Of a DNA stretch of 64,000 nucleotides, positions 55,001 through 64,000 are shown piece after piece. The first letter of the stretch is position 1, and each line of letters starts with the position of its first letter. The position numbers and the translations under genes are program-made. The DNA lies in NCBI GenBank assembly GCA_046729555.1, contig JBKPGW010000040.1:11553-75552 (forward strand), read 5' to 3'. The notes beneath the pieces were generated by a model. That model was given only the letters and a program-made list of their open reading frames with translations. It ran no database searches and was not told the DNA's origin. This DNA is from Actinomycetota bacterium. Lineage in GTDB: Bacteria; Actinomycetota; Thermoleophilia; Gaiellales; Gaiellaceae.

Positions 55001-56485
55001 TCAGGCACGCCACACGCTCCAGCTCGGCCCGAGCGCGGGGTGCGCCATCCACGCCCGAGCCAGGCCTTCGAATCCGTGCAATCGCGGCGGATCACGAGGA
55101 GTCAACGCGGCGAGGTCCACGTTCTGAACATCAGCAGAGAGCGAGTGGCTCAGCCAGCAGAGTGTCGCGATCGCGCCGACCGCGTCGGGGGGGACGGCCG
55201 CCGCCTCGACCGCACGGCGAACCCACGAGAAGAGCAGAGTCGAGGACGGCGCCTCGCCGGCGAAGAGGCGCACCATCCGTGTCGGCAGTTGCTCCGGAGC
55301 ATGCTCAGGAGCATCCGAGCCGTCGAGGAGCACGAAGGCGTCTCCGAGGAAGTAGAGAAGATCCCAGAGCGGCAGGGCGGCTTCCCTGACGTTCTCCCAG
55401 TCGACCACGACGAAGTCGCTGTTGTCGGTAACGACGTTCCAGGTGCCGAGGTCGTTGTGCTGCGCCACGGCCGGGAGAGCCGGCAGGTTGTCCACCAGCT
55501 CTGGCTGCACCCCGAGCTCGCTCCAACTCGGCACGACGTCGTTCCGCAGTCGTTCTCGCTCGACCGCCATGCCCTCCGCCGAGGTCTGCGTAAGCCGGCC
55601 GAGCTCGAGGATCCAGCCGGCGATGCGCTCGATCAGTCTCAGCTTGACCGCGCGGTCGCCCGGCGTGCGGAAGACGTCGCGCAGCCTTCTCCCCACCGCA
55701 GCCGTCTCGAGAGATGCATGTACTCCTTCGGCATCGAAGCGGCCGATCATCCGCGGCGCATGCGCCGCGATGGGGTCGCCGGCGAGGTGAGCTACCCGCA
55801 GTCCGCGCTCGTCGTTGTCGAAGCGCTTCGAGTTACCGGCGACGCGCGCGAACTTCAGCACCCACTCCGGCTGGTGGGAGTCATCGCGAAAAAGCTGGAA
55901 GGCGTTCCGGCTCAGAGCGTCACCCTGCCCGAAGGTCAGGAACCAGCTCACGTCGCGCGGAACGCCAAGATCGCCTGCCGCGGCCACCAACGTCGGCGGC
56001 CCCGCGGTCTGCGTAGCGATGGTTACCACCGGCGAGGCCCAAGAGGGGAACAGGCCGCGCGAGACGAGTAGTCGCGCGGCCCGCATGCGCGCCGTCTTCC
56101 AGCGGCGATCGACAACGCTCCAGCGCTCCAATGCGTACGAGGTGGACGCTGGTTGGTCGAGCGGCAGCGCCAGCGTCGGGCGTTCGCGCGTCGGACGAAG
56201 CAGGAGCCGGCCGGCCCGGTAGTCACCGCCACGGAACTGTCGCTCCCGCGATCCTTCCACGATGATCGAGTGGGCTCTCGTGCTCAGCGCCTCGCGGGCC
56301 AGACGTGCTGGGCTCACGACGACATCCGGAGGCCCGCCGCGGCTCGATTCGTCCAACACCTCTATACCGGCCGAAACGAGTCCGGCCCGCCATTCCTCCA
56401 GGCCGTCCAGCACGACGGCGCGGGTCACGCGATGAGGCAGAACGAAACGAGGATCGACACGATGAAGGCTCACCGAGCGACTCAT
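55001..56485 (-). CDS. APH/choline-kinase-fold phosphotransferase with an unassigned N-domain
   Basis: 494 aa. Catalytic-loop-like AQHNDLGTWN and VVVDWE motifs in the C-terminal half. Confidence 0.68.
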   Translation of the reverse strand: MSRSVSLHRVDPRFVLPHRVTRAVVLDGLEEWRAGLVSAGIEVLDESSRGGPPDVVVSPARLAREALSTRAHSIIVEGSRERQFRGGDYRAGRLLLRPTRERPTLALPLDQPASTSYALERWSVVDRRWKTARMRAARLLVSRGLFPSWASPVVTIATQTAGPPTLVAAAGDLGVPRDVSWFLTFGQGDALSRNAFQLFRDDSHQPEWVLKFARVAGNSKRFDNDERGLRVAHLAGDPIAAHAPRMIGRFDAEGVHASLETAAVGRRLRDVFRTPGDRAVKLRLIERIAGWILELGRLTQTSAEGMAVERERLRNDVVPSWSELGVQPELVDNLPALPAVAQHNDLGTWNVVTDNSDFVVVDWENVREAALPLWDLLYFLGDAFVLLDGSDAPEHAPEQLPTRMVRLFAGEAPSSTLLFSWVRRAVEAAAVPPDAVGAIATLCWLSHSLSADVQNVDLAALTPRDPPRLHGFEGLARAWMAHPALGPSWSVWRA

Positions 56486-56509
56486 CGTAGAGCGGACGCA
56501 ACGGCGCAG

Positions 56510-57457
56510 CTAGAGCGCGACGCCGGCGGCGAGAGGCCGCCCGAGCGCCGCCTCGATTCCCTCTTCGAGCCCGGTTTCTGCACGCCAGTCGAGCTTCGAG
56601 TGTGCGAGTCGACAATCGCTCAGCAGGACCGCCCGATCGTCAGCACGAATCCGACCCTGATCGACCACGATCTCGGCGTCGCGGCCGAGCGCCTGTCCGA
56701 TCAGCTCCACGATTCTCGATCCTTCGACAGCCTCTTCTCGGCCGATGTTGCACGTCAAGACGCCGTGTTCTTTGCACACAGCCGCGAGCCGTGCGAGCGC
56801 CGACCCGACGTCGCTCACGTAGACGTAGTCCCGACGCGTCGACAGCTTTCCAACCCGGACCAGGCTTCCCCGCAAGAGCTGCAGGATGACGCTCGGGATG
56901 AAATGCGGGTTGGTCTCGCCCGGCCCGAACGTGTTGAAGATGCGGGCGATCCCGACAGCGATCTCCGTCTTGGCATGGAAGAGTTGAGCGAGCTGCTCGG
57001 CCCACTGCTTCGTGTGCCCGTAGGTATCGGTCGGGTCGAGCGCATCCGTCTCGCGATGCGCACTCGTTCCAGGCCGGTATACGGCCCCTGACGAGGCAAG
57101 GACGACGGACTGGACCGAGCCGGCCGCTGCACAAGCCTGGAGCAACGCCTGTGTCCCTTCGACGTTCGTCCTGATCGCGTTGAGCGGATCCGCTTCGCAT
57201 CGAGGAATGAAGTGGACGGCCGCGAGATGAATCACCTGTTCAGGGCGAGACGTCTGGAGGACCCGTGTCAGAGACACCACGTCGCGGATGTCGATGGCCT
57301 GGACGTCCACCGCTCCTACGCCCAGGGCTTCCAGATTCGCAGGGCTGCCGACACTGAGATCGTCGACGACGACGACGTCATCCCCGCTCTGCGCGAGATC
57401 GGCACACAGGTGCGCGCCGATGAACCCGCACCCACCGGTCACCATCGTCCTGCTCAC
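56510..57457 (-). CDS. NAD-dependent epimerase/dehydratase (extended SDR)
   Basis: VTGGCGFIGAHL Rossmann motif and YGHTK catalytic motif. The GTG start overlaps the upstream stop (GTGA at 57454-57457). Confidence 0.9.
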   Translation of the reverse strand: MSRTMVTGGCGFIGAHLCADLAQSGDDVVVVDDLSVGSPANLEALGVGAVDVQAIDIRDVVSLTRVLQTSRPEQVIHLAAVHFIPRCEADPLNAIRTNVEGTQALLQACAAAGSVQSVVLASSGAVYRPGTSAHRETDALDPTDTYGHTKQWAEQLAQLFHAKTEIAVGIARIFNTFGPGETNPHFIPSVILQLLRGSLVRVGKLSTRRDYVYVSDVGSALARLAAVCKEHGVLTCNIGREEAVEGSRIVELIGQALGRDAEIVVDQGRIRADDRAVLLSDCRLAHSKLDWRAETGLEEGIEAALGRPLAAGVAL

Positions 57458-58518
57458 GCAAGCAGCTCGCCGTAGAGCTCGCTGAATGCTCGTGCCATGT
57501 GCGCAGCCGTGAAGCGACCGAGCACGAGCTGACGACCGCGGGCACCCATTCGGCGCTGGAGTTGATCGTCGCCCAAAAGTTGTCGGATCGCGGCAGCCAG
57601 AGCGTCCGCGTCGGCGGGCGGCACGAGGATGCCCGTCTCGCCCGTGATCACGGCTTCGCCCACGCTCCCGACGTCAGTTGCGACGACGGGCTTCTCCGCG
57701 AGCAGTGCCTCGAGCACGGCGAGGGGGAAGCCCTCGAACCGCGAGGGCAGAACAAAGACGTCGAACGAGCGCACGTGTGCTCGGACGTCGTCGGTCCAGC
57801 CGGCCCAGATCGTGCGATCGGCCACGCCGAGCTGCCTCGCCAGTGCCTGCAGCTGCTCACGGTCTTCTCCATCACCGATGAGAACAAGCGTCGCATCTTC
57901 GACGTCGCGCATCGCCCGGAGGAGAAGATCGAAGCCCTTCTGGAATGCCAGCCTTCCAACCGAGCCGACGATCGGCCCGGCCGCCAGCCTCGGTGCGGCT
58001 TCGGCGTCGACGTCGGGCACGCCGTTGTGGATCGTTCGTACGGACCCGACGTCAAGACCGATCAAGTCCTCGACCTCGCGCGAGGTCCGCACTCCCACGC
58101 CGACGTGACAGTCCACCGCCCTCGACGTGACCCGCTTCGTCCACCGTTGTCGCGCGTTCACGGGCGGCACGGGGAGCTGGTACACGGCCACGATCCGCGG
58201 ACGCCGGAGAAGCGCACCCGCGGCAATCGCGTACTGGCTGGACCAAGGGCTCGCCAGGCTCACGTGGAGGACGTCGGGGCGGAGCGTCCGCAGGGTCGAA
58301 ACGTGTGTGGTGAGGTTCCGCCAATCGTGATCGTTTCGCGGTCGTGGGACGACGACTGCCTGGGTTCCCGGACGTGCAGCGGCGATCTTGTCGACGATCG
58401 GCCGGGTCGCGCCGACGACGGCGGCCTCGATCTCCGGCTCGAGGTTGCCGAGGAGATGCATGAGGCTGAGGTCCGCCCCACCCAACTCCTTTGTGTCGGT
58501 GTACGTCACGAGCTTCAT
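57454..58518 (-). CDS. GT4-family glycosyltransferase
   Basis: 354 aa. FVLPSRFEGFPLAVLEALLAEKPVVATDVG is an EX7E-type motif. Confidence 0.88.
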   Translation of the reverse strand: MKLVTYTDTKELGGADLSLMHLLGNLEPEIEAAVVGATRPIVDKIAAARPGTQAVVVPRPRNDHDWRNLTTHVSTLRTLRPDVLHVSLASPWSSQYAIAAGALLRRPRIVAVYQLPVPPVNARQRWTKRVTSRAVDCHVGVGVRTSREVEDLIGLDVGSVRTIHNGVPDVDAEAAPRLAAGPIVGSVGRLAFQKGFDLLLRAMRDVEDATLVLIGDGEDREQLQALARQLGVADRTIWAGWTDDVRAHVRSFDVFVLPSRFEGFPLAVLEALLAEKPVVATDVGSVGEAVITGETGILVPPADADALAAAIRQLLGDDQLQRRMGARGRQLVLGRFTAAHMARAFSELYGELLA

Positions 58519-58576
58519 GAGCGACTAGCCTGACCCGCGATGGAGCCGCGGACGGCGAGTAATTAGTGTCACAGTC

Positions 58577-59866
58577 ATGCACCGCATCATCAGACGCCTC
58601 TCCGCGAGCGGTCGGCGCCGCTGCCTCGCGACGCTCGGAGGCACGACGACGCTTGCCGACTGCCTGGTTGCTCTTCGCTACCTAGCCGATCCCCGGGCAC
58701 TGATCAGGGGCCCGGCGATCGCGAACTACGAGCAGGCTTTCGCCCAGCAGATCGGAGTCCGTCACGCGTATAGCTTCTCGTCCGGACGAGTGGGGCTGTA
58801 CGGCCTGCTGCAAGCGATTCGGATTGGCGCAGGCGACGAGGTGCTTCTGCAGGTCCCGACCCACGTGGTGGTAGCGAACGCCGTCCGCTATACGGGCGCT
58901 CGGCCCGTCTACGTGGATTGTCGCCTGGACACATACGGGATTGATCTTGACGAAGCAGAGCGACTCGTCACGCCACGGACGAAGGCCTTGATCATCCAAC
59001 ACACCTTCGGCATTCCGACCGACTTGGACGCAGCGCTCGATCTCGCAAATCGCCACGGCCTCGATCTCATCGAGGACTGCGTGCACGCCTTGGGGGCCAA
59101 GTATGACGGTCGCCAGGTGGGTAGCTTCGGTCGCGCGGCCTTCTTCAGCACCGAGGAGACGAAGACGATCTCGACGACCATGGGCGGCATGGCGGTCACC
59201 GACGACGCCGAGCTGGCGGCCTCGATCGAAGCATTCCAGGCGCGCTGCTCCTGGCCGGCTCCCTCCACCACTGCTCGCTACTTGATGGAGCTGGTCCTCT
59301 ACCACCTCGTCTTCGAGCCCCACCTCCATCGCTATGTGCGGGAGATCTACGAGCTCGCCGGAGCGCGAAACCCGCTGCCGGGACCGACCACAAGCGACGA
59401 GGCGCGCGGGCGAAAGCCCTCCAACTATGAGCGGCGTTTGAGCAACGCACAGGCAGCCTTGGGCCTGCGCCAGCTTCGGTCGCTAGACGCGAATGTCGCC
59501 CACCGACGCGCCGTGTCGGACCGCTACACCGCTCGCCTGTCCAAGCTGGGGATCCGCACCTTCGAGGCGCCTGCGAAAGCGGAACCGGCCCTCGTTCGCT
59601 ATCCGGTCCGGGTGAGGAACCGGAGCGCCACGCTCCGCGCGGTTGCCCCGCACGCCGCGCTGGGCACATGGTTCACCTCCGTTCTTCAGGAATCACTCTC
59701 GCCCGGCTACGGTGACTACGTCGAAGGCTCGTGCCCGCGCGCCGAATCCGCAGCCAGAGAGCTGGTCAACCTGCCGACGAATCCCCGCGTAACGGAGGGC
59801 GACGTCGAGCTGATCACCTCCCGACTGGCGGGGGTGATCTCCGTCTCGGCACCCGTCACGAGGTGA
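58577..59866 (+). CDS. DegT/DnrJ/EryC1-family PLP-dependent sugar aminotransferase
   Basis: 429 aa. NYEQAFAQQIGVRHAYSFSSGRVGL, IIQHTFG and FSTEETKTIS (candidate Schiff-base Lys). Confidence 0.88.
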   Translation: MHRIIRRLSASGRRRCLATLGGTTTLADCLVALRYLADPRALIRGPAIANYEQAFAQQIGVRHAYSFSSGRVGLYGLLQAIRIGAGDEVLLQVPTHVVVANAVRYTGARPVYVDCRLDTYGIDLDEAERLVTPRTKALIIQHTFGIPTDLDAALDLANRHGLDLIEDCVHALGAKYDGRQVGSFGRAAFFSTEETKTISTTMGGMAVTDDAELAASIEAFQARCSWPAPSTTARYLMELVLYHLVFEPHLHRYVREIYELAGARNPLPGPTTSDEARGRKPSNYERRLSNAQAALGLRQLRSLDANVAHRRAVSDRYTARLSKLGIRTFEAPAKAEPALVRYPVRVRNRSATLRAVAPHAALGTWFTSVLQESLSPGYGDYVEGSCPRAESAARELVNLPTNPRVTEGDVELITSRLAGVISVSAPVTR

Positions 59867-59897
59867 GGCTGCTCCGAGCTGATCGCCTGGGATACCG

Positions 59898-60923
59898 ATG
59901 ATCGTCGTCGAGCTCGATGATCCACTCTGGACGGATTTCGTCCACGCCTGTCCCGCCGCCGTACCCTTTCACCATCCCGCCTGGGCCCGGCTCCTCGCGG
60001 ATTGCTATGGCTACCGGCCCTTCGTCCTCGCCTTGAGCGGTGAGGCCGGCCAGATCGTCGCCGGCCTGCCGGTCCTCGAGGTGAGAAGCGTGTTCGGCAC
60101 CCGGCGTTGGGTCTCACTTCCCTTCACGGACTACTGTCCACCGCTGGCCGTCTCTGACGAAGTCCGCGAAAGGCTCGTCGCCCGGCTGGACGCCATGCGC
60201 CAGGAGGCAGGTGTCTCTCGAATCGAGGTGCGCGCGGCGCTCGACGGACCGAAAACGTATGCCAGTTCGAACTCTGTGATCCACACGCTCCGTCTCGAAG
60301 GCGGTCCTGAGGCGATCTTCCGCACCTTCAAGCGCACGCAGGTTCAGCAGAGGATCGCGAAAGCGGAGCGTGACGGGGTCACGGTTCGTCGTTCCCGCTC
60401 GTTATCGGATCTGACAGACGTCTTCTACGATCTCCACACGAAGACTCGCCGGCGGCTTGGGGTGCCGGTGCAACCGCGTCGGTTGTTCAAGCTCTTCCAC
60501 CGGAGCATGATCGAGACCGGCCTCGGTTTCGTGCAGCTGGCGTATCTGAATGAGACGCCTATCGCAGGAGCGGTCTTCTTGGCCTGGAACCGCACGGTCA
60601 GTTACAAGTACTCGGCCTCCGACGACAGGTTTCTCCGCCATCGGCCGAACAACCTCGTTCTGTGGCAGGCAATCCGCTGGGCCGCCGAGCACGGCTACGA
60701 GGTGTTCGATTTTGGCCGAAGCGACCTCAACGATCACGGGCTGCGCAGCTTCAAGAGCGGGTGGGGCACAGAAGAAGCGCCTCTCACCTACACCGAGATC
60801 GCCGACCACCCGCCCAGGCGCTCGCTTGCTTCGCAGGACAAGGCGCTGGCAGGGCTCATTCGCCGCGCACCACCCTGGGTCGCCCGACTCATCGGCGAGC
60901 TCTTCTACAAGTACGCTGCGTAG
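59898..60923 (+). CDS. FemAB/CelD-like (GNAT-related, Acetyltransf_6) acyl or aminoacyl transferase
   Basis: 341 aa. FHHPAWARLL, VSYKYSASD and VFDFGRSD blocks. Confidence 0.7.
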   Translation: MIVVELDDPLWTDFVHACPAAVPFHHPAWARLLADCYGYRPFVLALSGEAGQIVAGLPVLEVRSVFGTRRWVSLPFTDYCPPLAVSDEVRERLVARLDAMRQEAGVSRIEVRAALDGPKTYASSNSVIHTLRLEGGPEAIFRTFKRTQVQQRIAKAERDGVTVRRSRSLSDLTDVFYDLHTKTRRRLGVPVQPRRLFKLFHRSMIETGLGFVQLAYLNETPIAGAVFLAWNRTVSYKYSASDDRFLRHRPNNLVLWQAIRWAAEHGYEVFDFGRSDLNDHGLRSFKSGWGTEEAPLTYTEIADHPPRRSLASQDKALAGLIRRAPPWVARLIGELFYKYAA

Positions 60924-60939
60924 GAGCCGTACACAATCG

Positions 60940-62373
60940 TCACACCCCGACTCGCACGGGCTGGACAAGCTCGATACGTCCCTCGGCACTCGCAGGTCCA
61001 ACGATCTCCCAGTGTCCTTCAACCCGCCGCAGGGTCGTCGCCGCCCGACGCCGCCACCAGGCGCTGACCTCCCGAGGAAGCGCCCGCCAGGCCGTCTCGT
61101 CGTCCGAGAACTCGTCGAGAAAGTCGGCGTACGAATCGAGCAGCCGGGAGTTCCCGATGTAGTCCGGATGGGTGAGGATCAGAGCCATGCCGCCCTGATC
61201 GCGAAGAAAGCGTGCCTTGTCGAGCCAGACCGATCCGTCCGGATGGCCGAGGAGCTCGAAGAGCGTGTGGTCTTGGGTCAGAGTGATTGGCAGCTCGACC
61301 AGATCGTCGATCATGTAGGGGAGCCATGAGCAGCAGCCCCCCGGCTGCGGCTCGAACGGGGCAGTGTCGGTGTACGACGAGTCGTAATCGAAGCCGAGCA
61401 GTGGCATCAGCTCCCAGGAGCGCAGCGTGCCCGGAGAGCGAAATCCGACCGCCTGCCAGCGCTCCGCGTACGCACGCATTCGCGGCAACCGCTTGTTCAG
61501 GGTTCGCAGCGAAGCGATGTCTCGTCCATCGTGATGGAGACCGTGGACGCCGACCTCAAAGCCGCTTACGCGCAGTTCCTCGAGGAACACGTCCTCAGCG
61601 GAAGTCTCCCTCTCGGGAACGAAGTTCCACGACGATCGATATCCGCGTCGTAGCTCCGTCTCGAGCAGCGTGAGCAGATTCGCGTGGCCGACAGCCCCTT
61701 CCACGTCGTGCGTGAGCACGAGCGCCCACCGAAATCCCCGCGGCCAAGATGCGAGCGTGGGAATCGGCTCCCCGGCGAGCTCCGCGAGCAGCGAGAACAG
61801 AAGCCCGTAGAAGTCGTGCAGGGCCGTCTCCACCGGCCAGCGGGGAAACTGGGCCCTCGCCTGCACGCGGCTGAACGTGCGGCGGAAGCGCATCTGTGCC
61901 GAGCGCGGCAGGAAGCGGCGGGCCCGGTAGTAGGCGCGACGAGCAACACCCTCGAGCCTCGGAGGGAGCGCCGGCTTGCCCAGCACCTTGTACCGCTCGC
62001 TCAGGTAGTTCGAGATGATCTCGTTCGGATCGAAGGGGAGGAAGACGCTGCCGTCGTCTCGGCGCCAGATGGACGCAACGTCCGTTCCCCGGCGGTCCCG
62101 AATCGGCTCCTGAGCGCGCCAGGCCCCGCCCAGCCGGCTCAGCCGCTCTCGCACGACGGCGGCGGGCACGATTGCACCGAAGATCGGGATCTCGCCCACG
62201 AAGTACGAGTCGCGCCGGACCTCCGGCGACCCGGGGAATGGCGTCGTGGCCCAGAAGAGCGCCGCCCCGTTGCCAGCACGGGCGGACGCGACGCCGGGGA
62301 CTTCCGCCGCCGCCCGGCCGTGGGGGACGCGAAACTGGTCGAACAGGATGAAGGGCCGCGTCGTCTCGAACAC
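60940..62373 (-). CDS. CE4-like polysaccharide deacetylase-family protein with an N-terminal extension
   Basis: 477 aa. LVLTHDVEG and VHGLHHDG motifs. GTG start. Confidence 0.68.
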   Translation of the reverse strand: MFETTRPFILFDQFRVPHGRAAAEVPGVASARAGNGAALFWATTPFPGSPEVRRDSYFVGEIPIFGAIVPAAVVRERLSRLGGAWRAQEPIRDRRGTDVASIWRRDDGSVFLPFDPNEIISNYLSERYKVLGKPALPPRLEGVARRAYYRARRFLPRSAQMRFRRTFSRVQARAQFPRWPVETALHDFYGLLFSLLAELAGEPIPTLASWPRGFRWALVLTHDVEGAVGHANLLTLLETELRRGYRSSWNFVPERETSAEDVFLEELRVSGFEVGVHGLHHDGRDIASLRTLNKRLPRMRAYAERWQAVGFRSPGTLRSWELMPLLGFDYDSSYTDTAPFEPQPGGCCSWLPYMIDDLVELPITLTQDHTLFELLGHPDGSVWLDKARFLRDQGGMALILTHPDYIGNSRLLDSYADFLDEFSDDETAWRALPREVSAWWRRRAATTLRRVEGHWEIVGPASAEGRIELVQPVRVGV

Positions 62374-62725
62374 CGCGGGTCAGCTCCAGACGCGCATCGA
62401 GAACGCCGCGGTGCAGGCTGCCGAACCGTCAACCACCTTTAGCCTGCAACCCCGCAGGTCGTCCTTCGCAAGCGTCTCCCTATATCTCCCCAATCGAGCC
62501 GAATCTCGGCTCGGGTCTCAACAGACCTTAACACCTGGCAGCGAACAAACGCCGGGCTCTCCTGCGCTCGCCGAAGGGTTTCGGACGGGCCTCTGCCACG
62601 TCGGCCGCTCCGTCGAGACGGACCGAACTCTCCTCAGCCCGCGACCGTTTCGTAGACGACGGTCAGCCGACACGGACCGACCCCAACAGGTCCTCGCGGT
62701 TTCGTCCGGATCTGCGCAGCCGACG

Positions 62726-63181
62726 CTAGCCGACGGAATCGCCGGGCGGGCAATACGCCGTCACGGTTCCGCCGAGATACACGATCGTCCCGTGTGTGGT
62801 GTACGAGATGACCGCGCCGCCGCCACCGGGGCTGAACGCCTGGAAGGAACAGGTGACACCGGTCACGGTCATGCGGTCGGGCGCGTTCGGGTCGAGATAG
62901 AGCGGCAGGCCGTATCCCGTACAGATCGATGCGCCGATCTCGCCGGGCGTGCCGGCACCCGATGCCGAAAAACACTGGGCGTTCCAAAAACCTAGGCCCG
63001 TGACATTGATGTACGTGACGAGGCCGGGGTTGTTGACGACGAAGCTGCCGGGCGCGGTAGTCGGATTGGCTCGGGCGACAGTCGCCAAGCCGAGGGCCAG
63101 CGCGCTCGATACGACGACCACGTAGATCACCCGCAGGGATCGGACATGTGAACGGCCGGCCGACTTCACGAGGCTTTGCAT
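62726..63181 (-). CDS. Secreted Cys-containing hypothetical protein
   Basis: ATG 63181 is preceded by GAAGGGA. Signal/TM segment VIYVVVVSSALALGLATVARA. The longest ORF starts at 63202. Confidence 0.55.
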   Translation of the reverse strand: MQSLVKSAGRSHVRSLRVIYVVVVSSALALGLATVARANPTTAPGSFVVNNPGLVTYINVTGLGFWNAQCFSASGAGTPGEIGASICTGYGLPLYLDPNAPDRMTVTGVTCSFQAFSPGGGGAVISYTTHGTIVYLGGTVTAYCPPGDSVG

Positions 63182-63354
63182 AACTCGTCCCTTCTTACGC
63201 ACGCAGGAGGCAGGCGATTCGCCCGCGACAGGGGTCGAGCGTAACTCGTTCGTGCCGGCTGTCCATAGTCCTTCCGGCTCATCTAGTTACCTGCCCGGCC
63301 CACCGTCGACGCCTGATCTGCGGCCTTGAAGGATCCCTCGGAACCTCAGGATGA

Positions 63355-63825
63355 CTAGAGGCGCCGCATCCGAACGACGACGAGCCTGAGGTACTCAGAT
63401 CTTCCATCTCTCGTCTTGATCCTCTTCAATACCGACCGGATACCGCACACCGACGGTTGAAGCGACCCCGAATGGCTGAGCAGAACTTGAGCGACGGCGG
63501 TCTTTCTTCCGAGCTTGACCGGATTTGCAGACGTCCCGTCGCCGCGCCACGAACAGTAGGCAACGAGGCCCTCCTCGCGGACCCGCCCGCGCATCGACCG
63601 CGACGTGAAGCGAATGACCAGTCGGGCCTGGGATGTGTTGTCGACCACGAGCCGGAAGCTCGCCTTCCGGGTGGCGCCGACGAATACCGTCGCCGAGGTC
63701 GAAGCGGGAGCAGCACTCACGTCTGCACCCACAATCATCGCGACGACGACGGCAACGAGAACCCAACTCGCGCCACGCCGCGGGGTTCTCCCCCCGGAGT
63801 TCAAAGCTAGATGCCGAGCGCGCAT
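63355..63825 (-). CDS. Secreted hypothetical protein
   Basis: Starts at ATG 63825. N-terminal TM/signal segment WVLVAVVVAMIVGADVSA. No recognised domain. Confidence 0.45.
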   Translation of the reverse strand: MRARHLALNSGGRTPRRGASWVLVAVVVAMIVGADVSAAPASTSATVFVGATRKASFRLVVDNTSQARLVIRFTSRSMRGRVREEGLVAYCSWRGDGTSANPVKLGRKTAVAQVLLSHSGSLQPSVCGIRSVLKRIKTRDGRSEYLRLVVVRMRRL

Positions 63826-63935
63826 GCCGCGGATATTAGGGCGCAGCCCGGCCCTCGATCTCCTCGAGGATCGCACGCGATGAGCCGAGCTTTGCGCAGA
63901 GCACACGCATAGGCTCCCGCATCGTGTCAGGACAC

Positions 63936-64000
63936 ATGAGACATGCGTTGAGTGCCATCCTGCGTATCGGTTTGCTCGTACTCTGCGCCGTAGGGCTCGT
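63936..64000 (+). CDS. 5' end of an ORF encoding a signal-peptide-like N-terminus (runs off the window)
   Basis: ATG 63936, MRHALSAILRIGLLVLCAVGL.. Only 21 codons are visible. Confidence 0.3.
   Translation, partial: MRHALSAILRIGLLVLCAVGL

Noticed and set aside
62246-62995. A 249-aa plus-strand ORF that fills the 62.4-62.7 kb spacer.
   Set aside because: It overlaps both flanking minus-strand genes, has no recognisable motif and has Arg/Ser/Thr-rich composition. The ~350-bp spacer is left unannotated, apart from noting a CGAGCCG-AATCT-CGGCTCG hairpin near 62494-62512.

Overview
High-GC (roughly 70% by eye), gene-dense chromosomal segment of actinobacterial type, with most genes on the minus strand. 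No rRNA, CRISPR array, transposase, integrase or phage gene was recognised.

(1) 1-26 kb is a housekeeping block. Read on the minus strand, its order is clpC - radA - (EamA) - disA - (MFS) - carD - ispD - PHP phosphatase - ispF - GNAT ... gltX-like - cysS - rlmB - yacP - [MarR/YceI/FMN-reductase/broken APH cassette] - sigH-like - rpoD-like sigma - tRNA-Thr. This mirrors the classical Bacillus clpC...sigH neighbourhood. It also holds a partial MMPL transporter, a MutY-like glycosylase, two MFS genes, a membrane-anchored spermidine-synthase-like protein and a methyltransferase.

(2) 26.3-62.4 kb is a ~36-kb cell-envelope glycan cluster:
- 2 GT4, 7 GT2 (one GtrB/ArnC-like) and 5 large polytopic GT-C-like proteins
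- GtrA and a Wzm/Wzt ABC exporter
- 4 CE4-type deacetylases plus YdjC
- 4 methyltransferases and an APH-fold kinase
- an SDR epimerase, a DegT aminotransferase, a FemAB/CelD-like acyltransferase and a PRTase-HAD fusion
- No initiating phosphoglycosyltransferase, Wzx or Wzy was recognised in the window.

(3) 62.4-64 kb holds small secreted hypothetical proteins.

Main second-look items:
- a 29-bp bipartite palindrome present five times as conserved-stem terminator-like hairpins
- an rpoD-like gene and an MFS gene with no canonical start codon (CTG candidates)
- a Bacillus-type sigma-H homologue
- CarD with a histone-H1-like tail
- a five-gene chain joined by GTGA overlaps, with a PHP phosphatase between ispD and ispF
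- four convergent gene pairs sharing a CTAG stop/stop overlap
- several unusual modules inside the glycan cluster

All calls come from reading the ORF translations and the DNA by eye. No database search was run.
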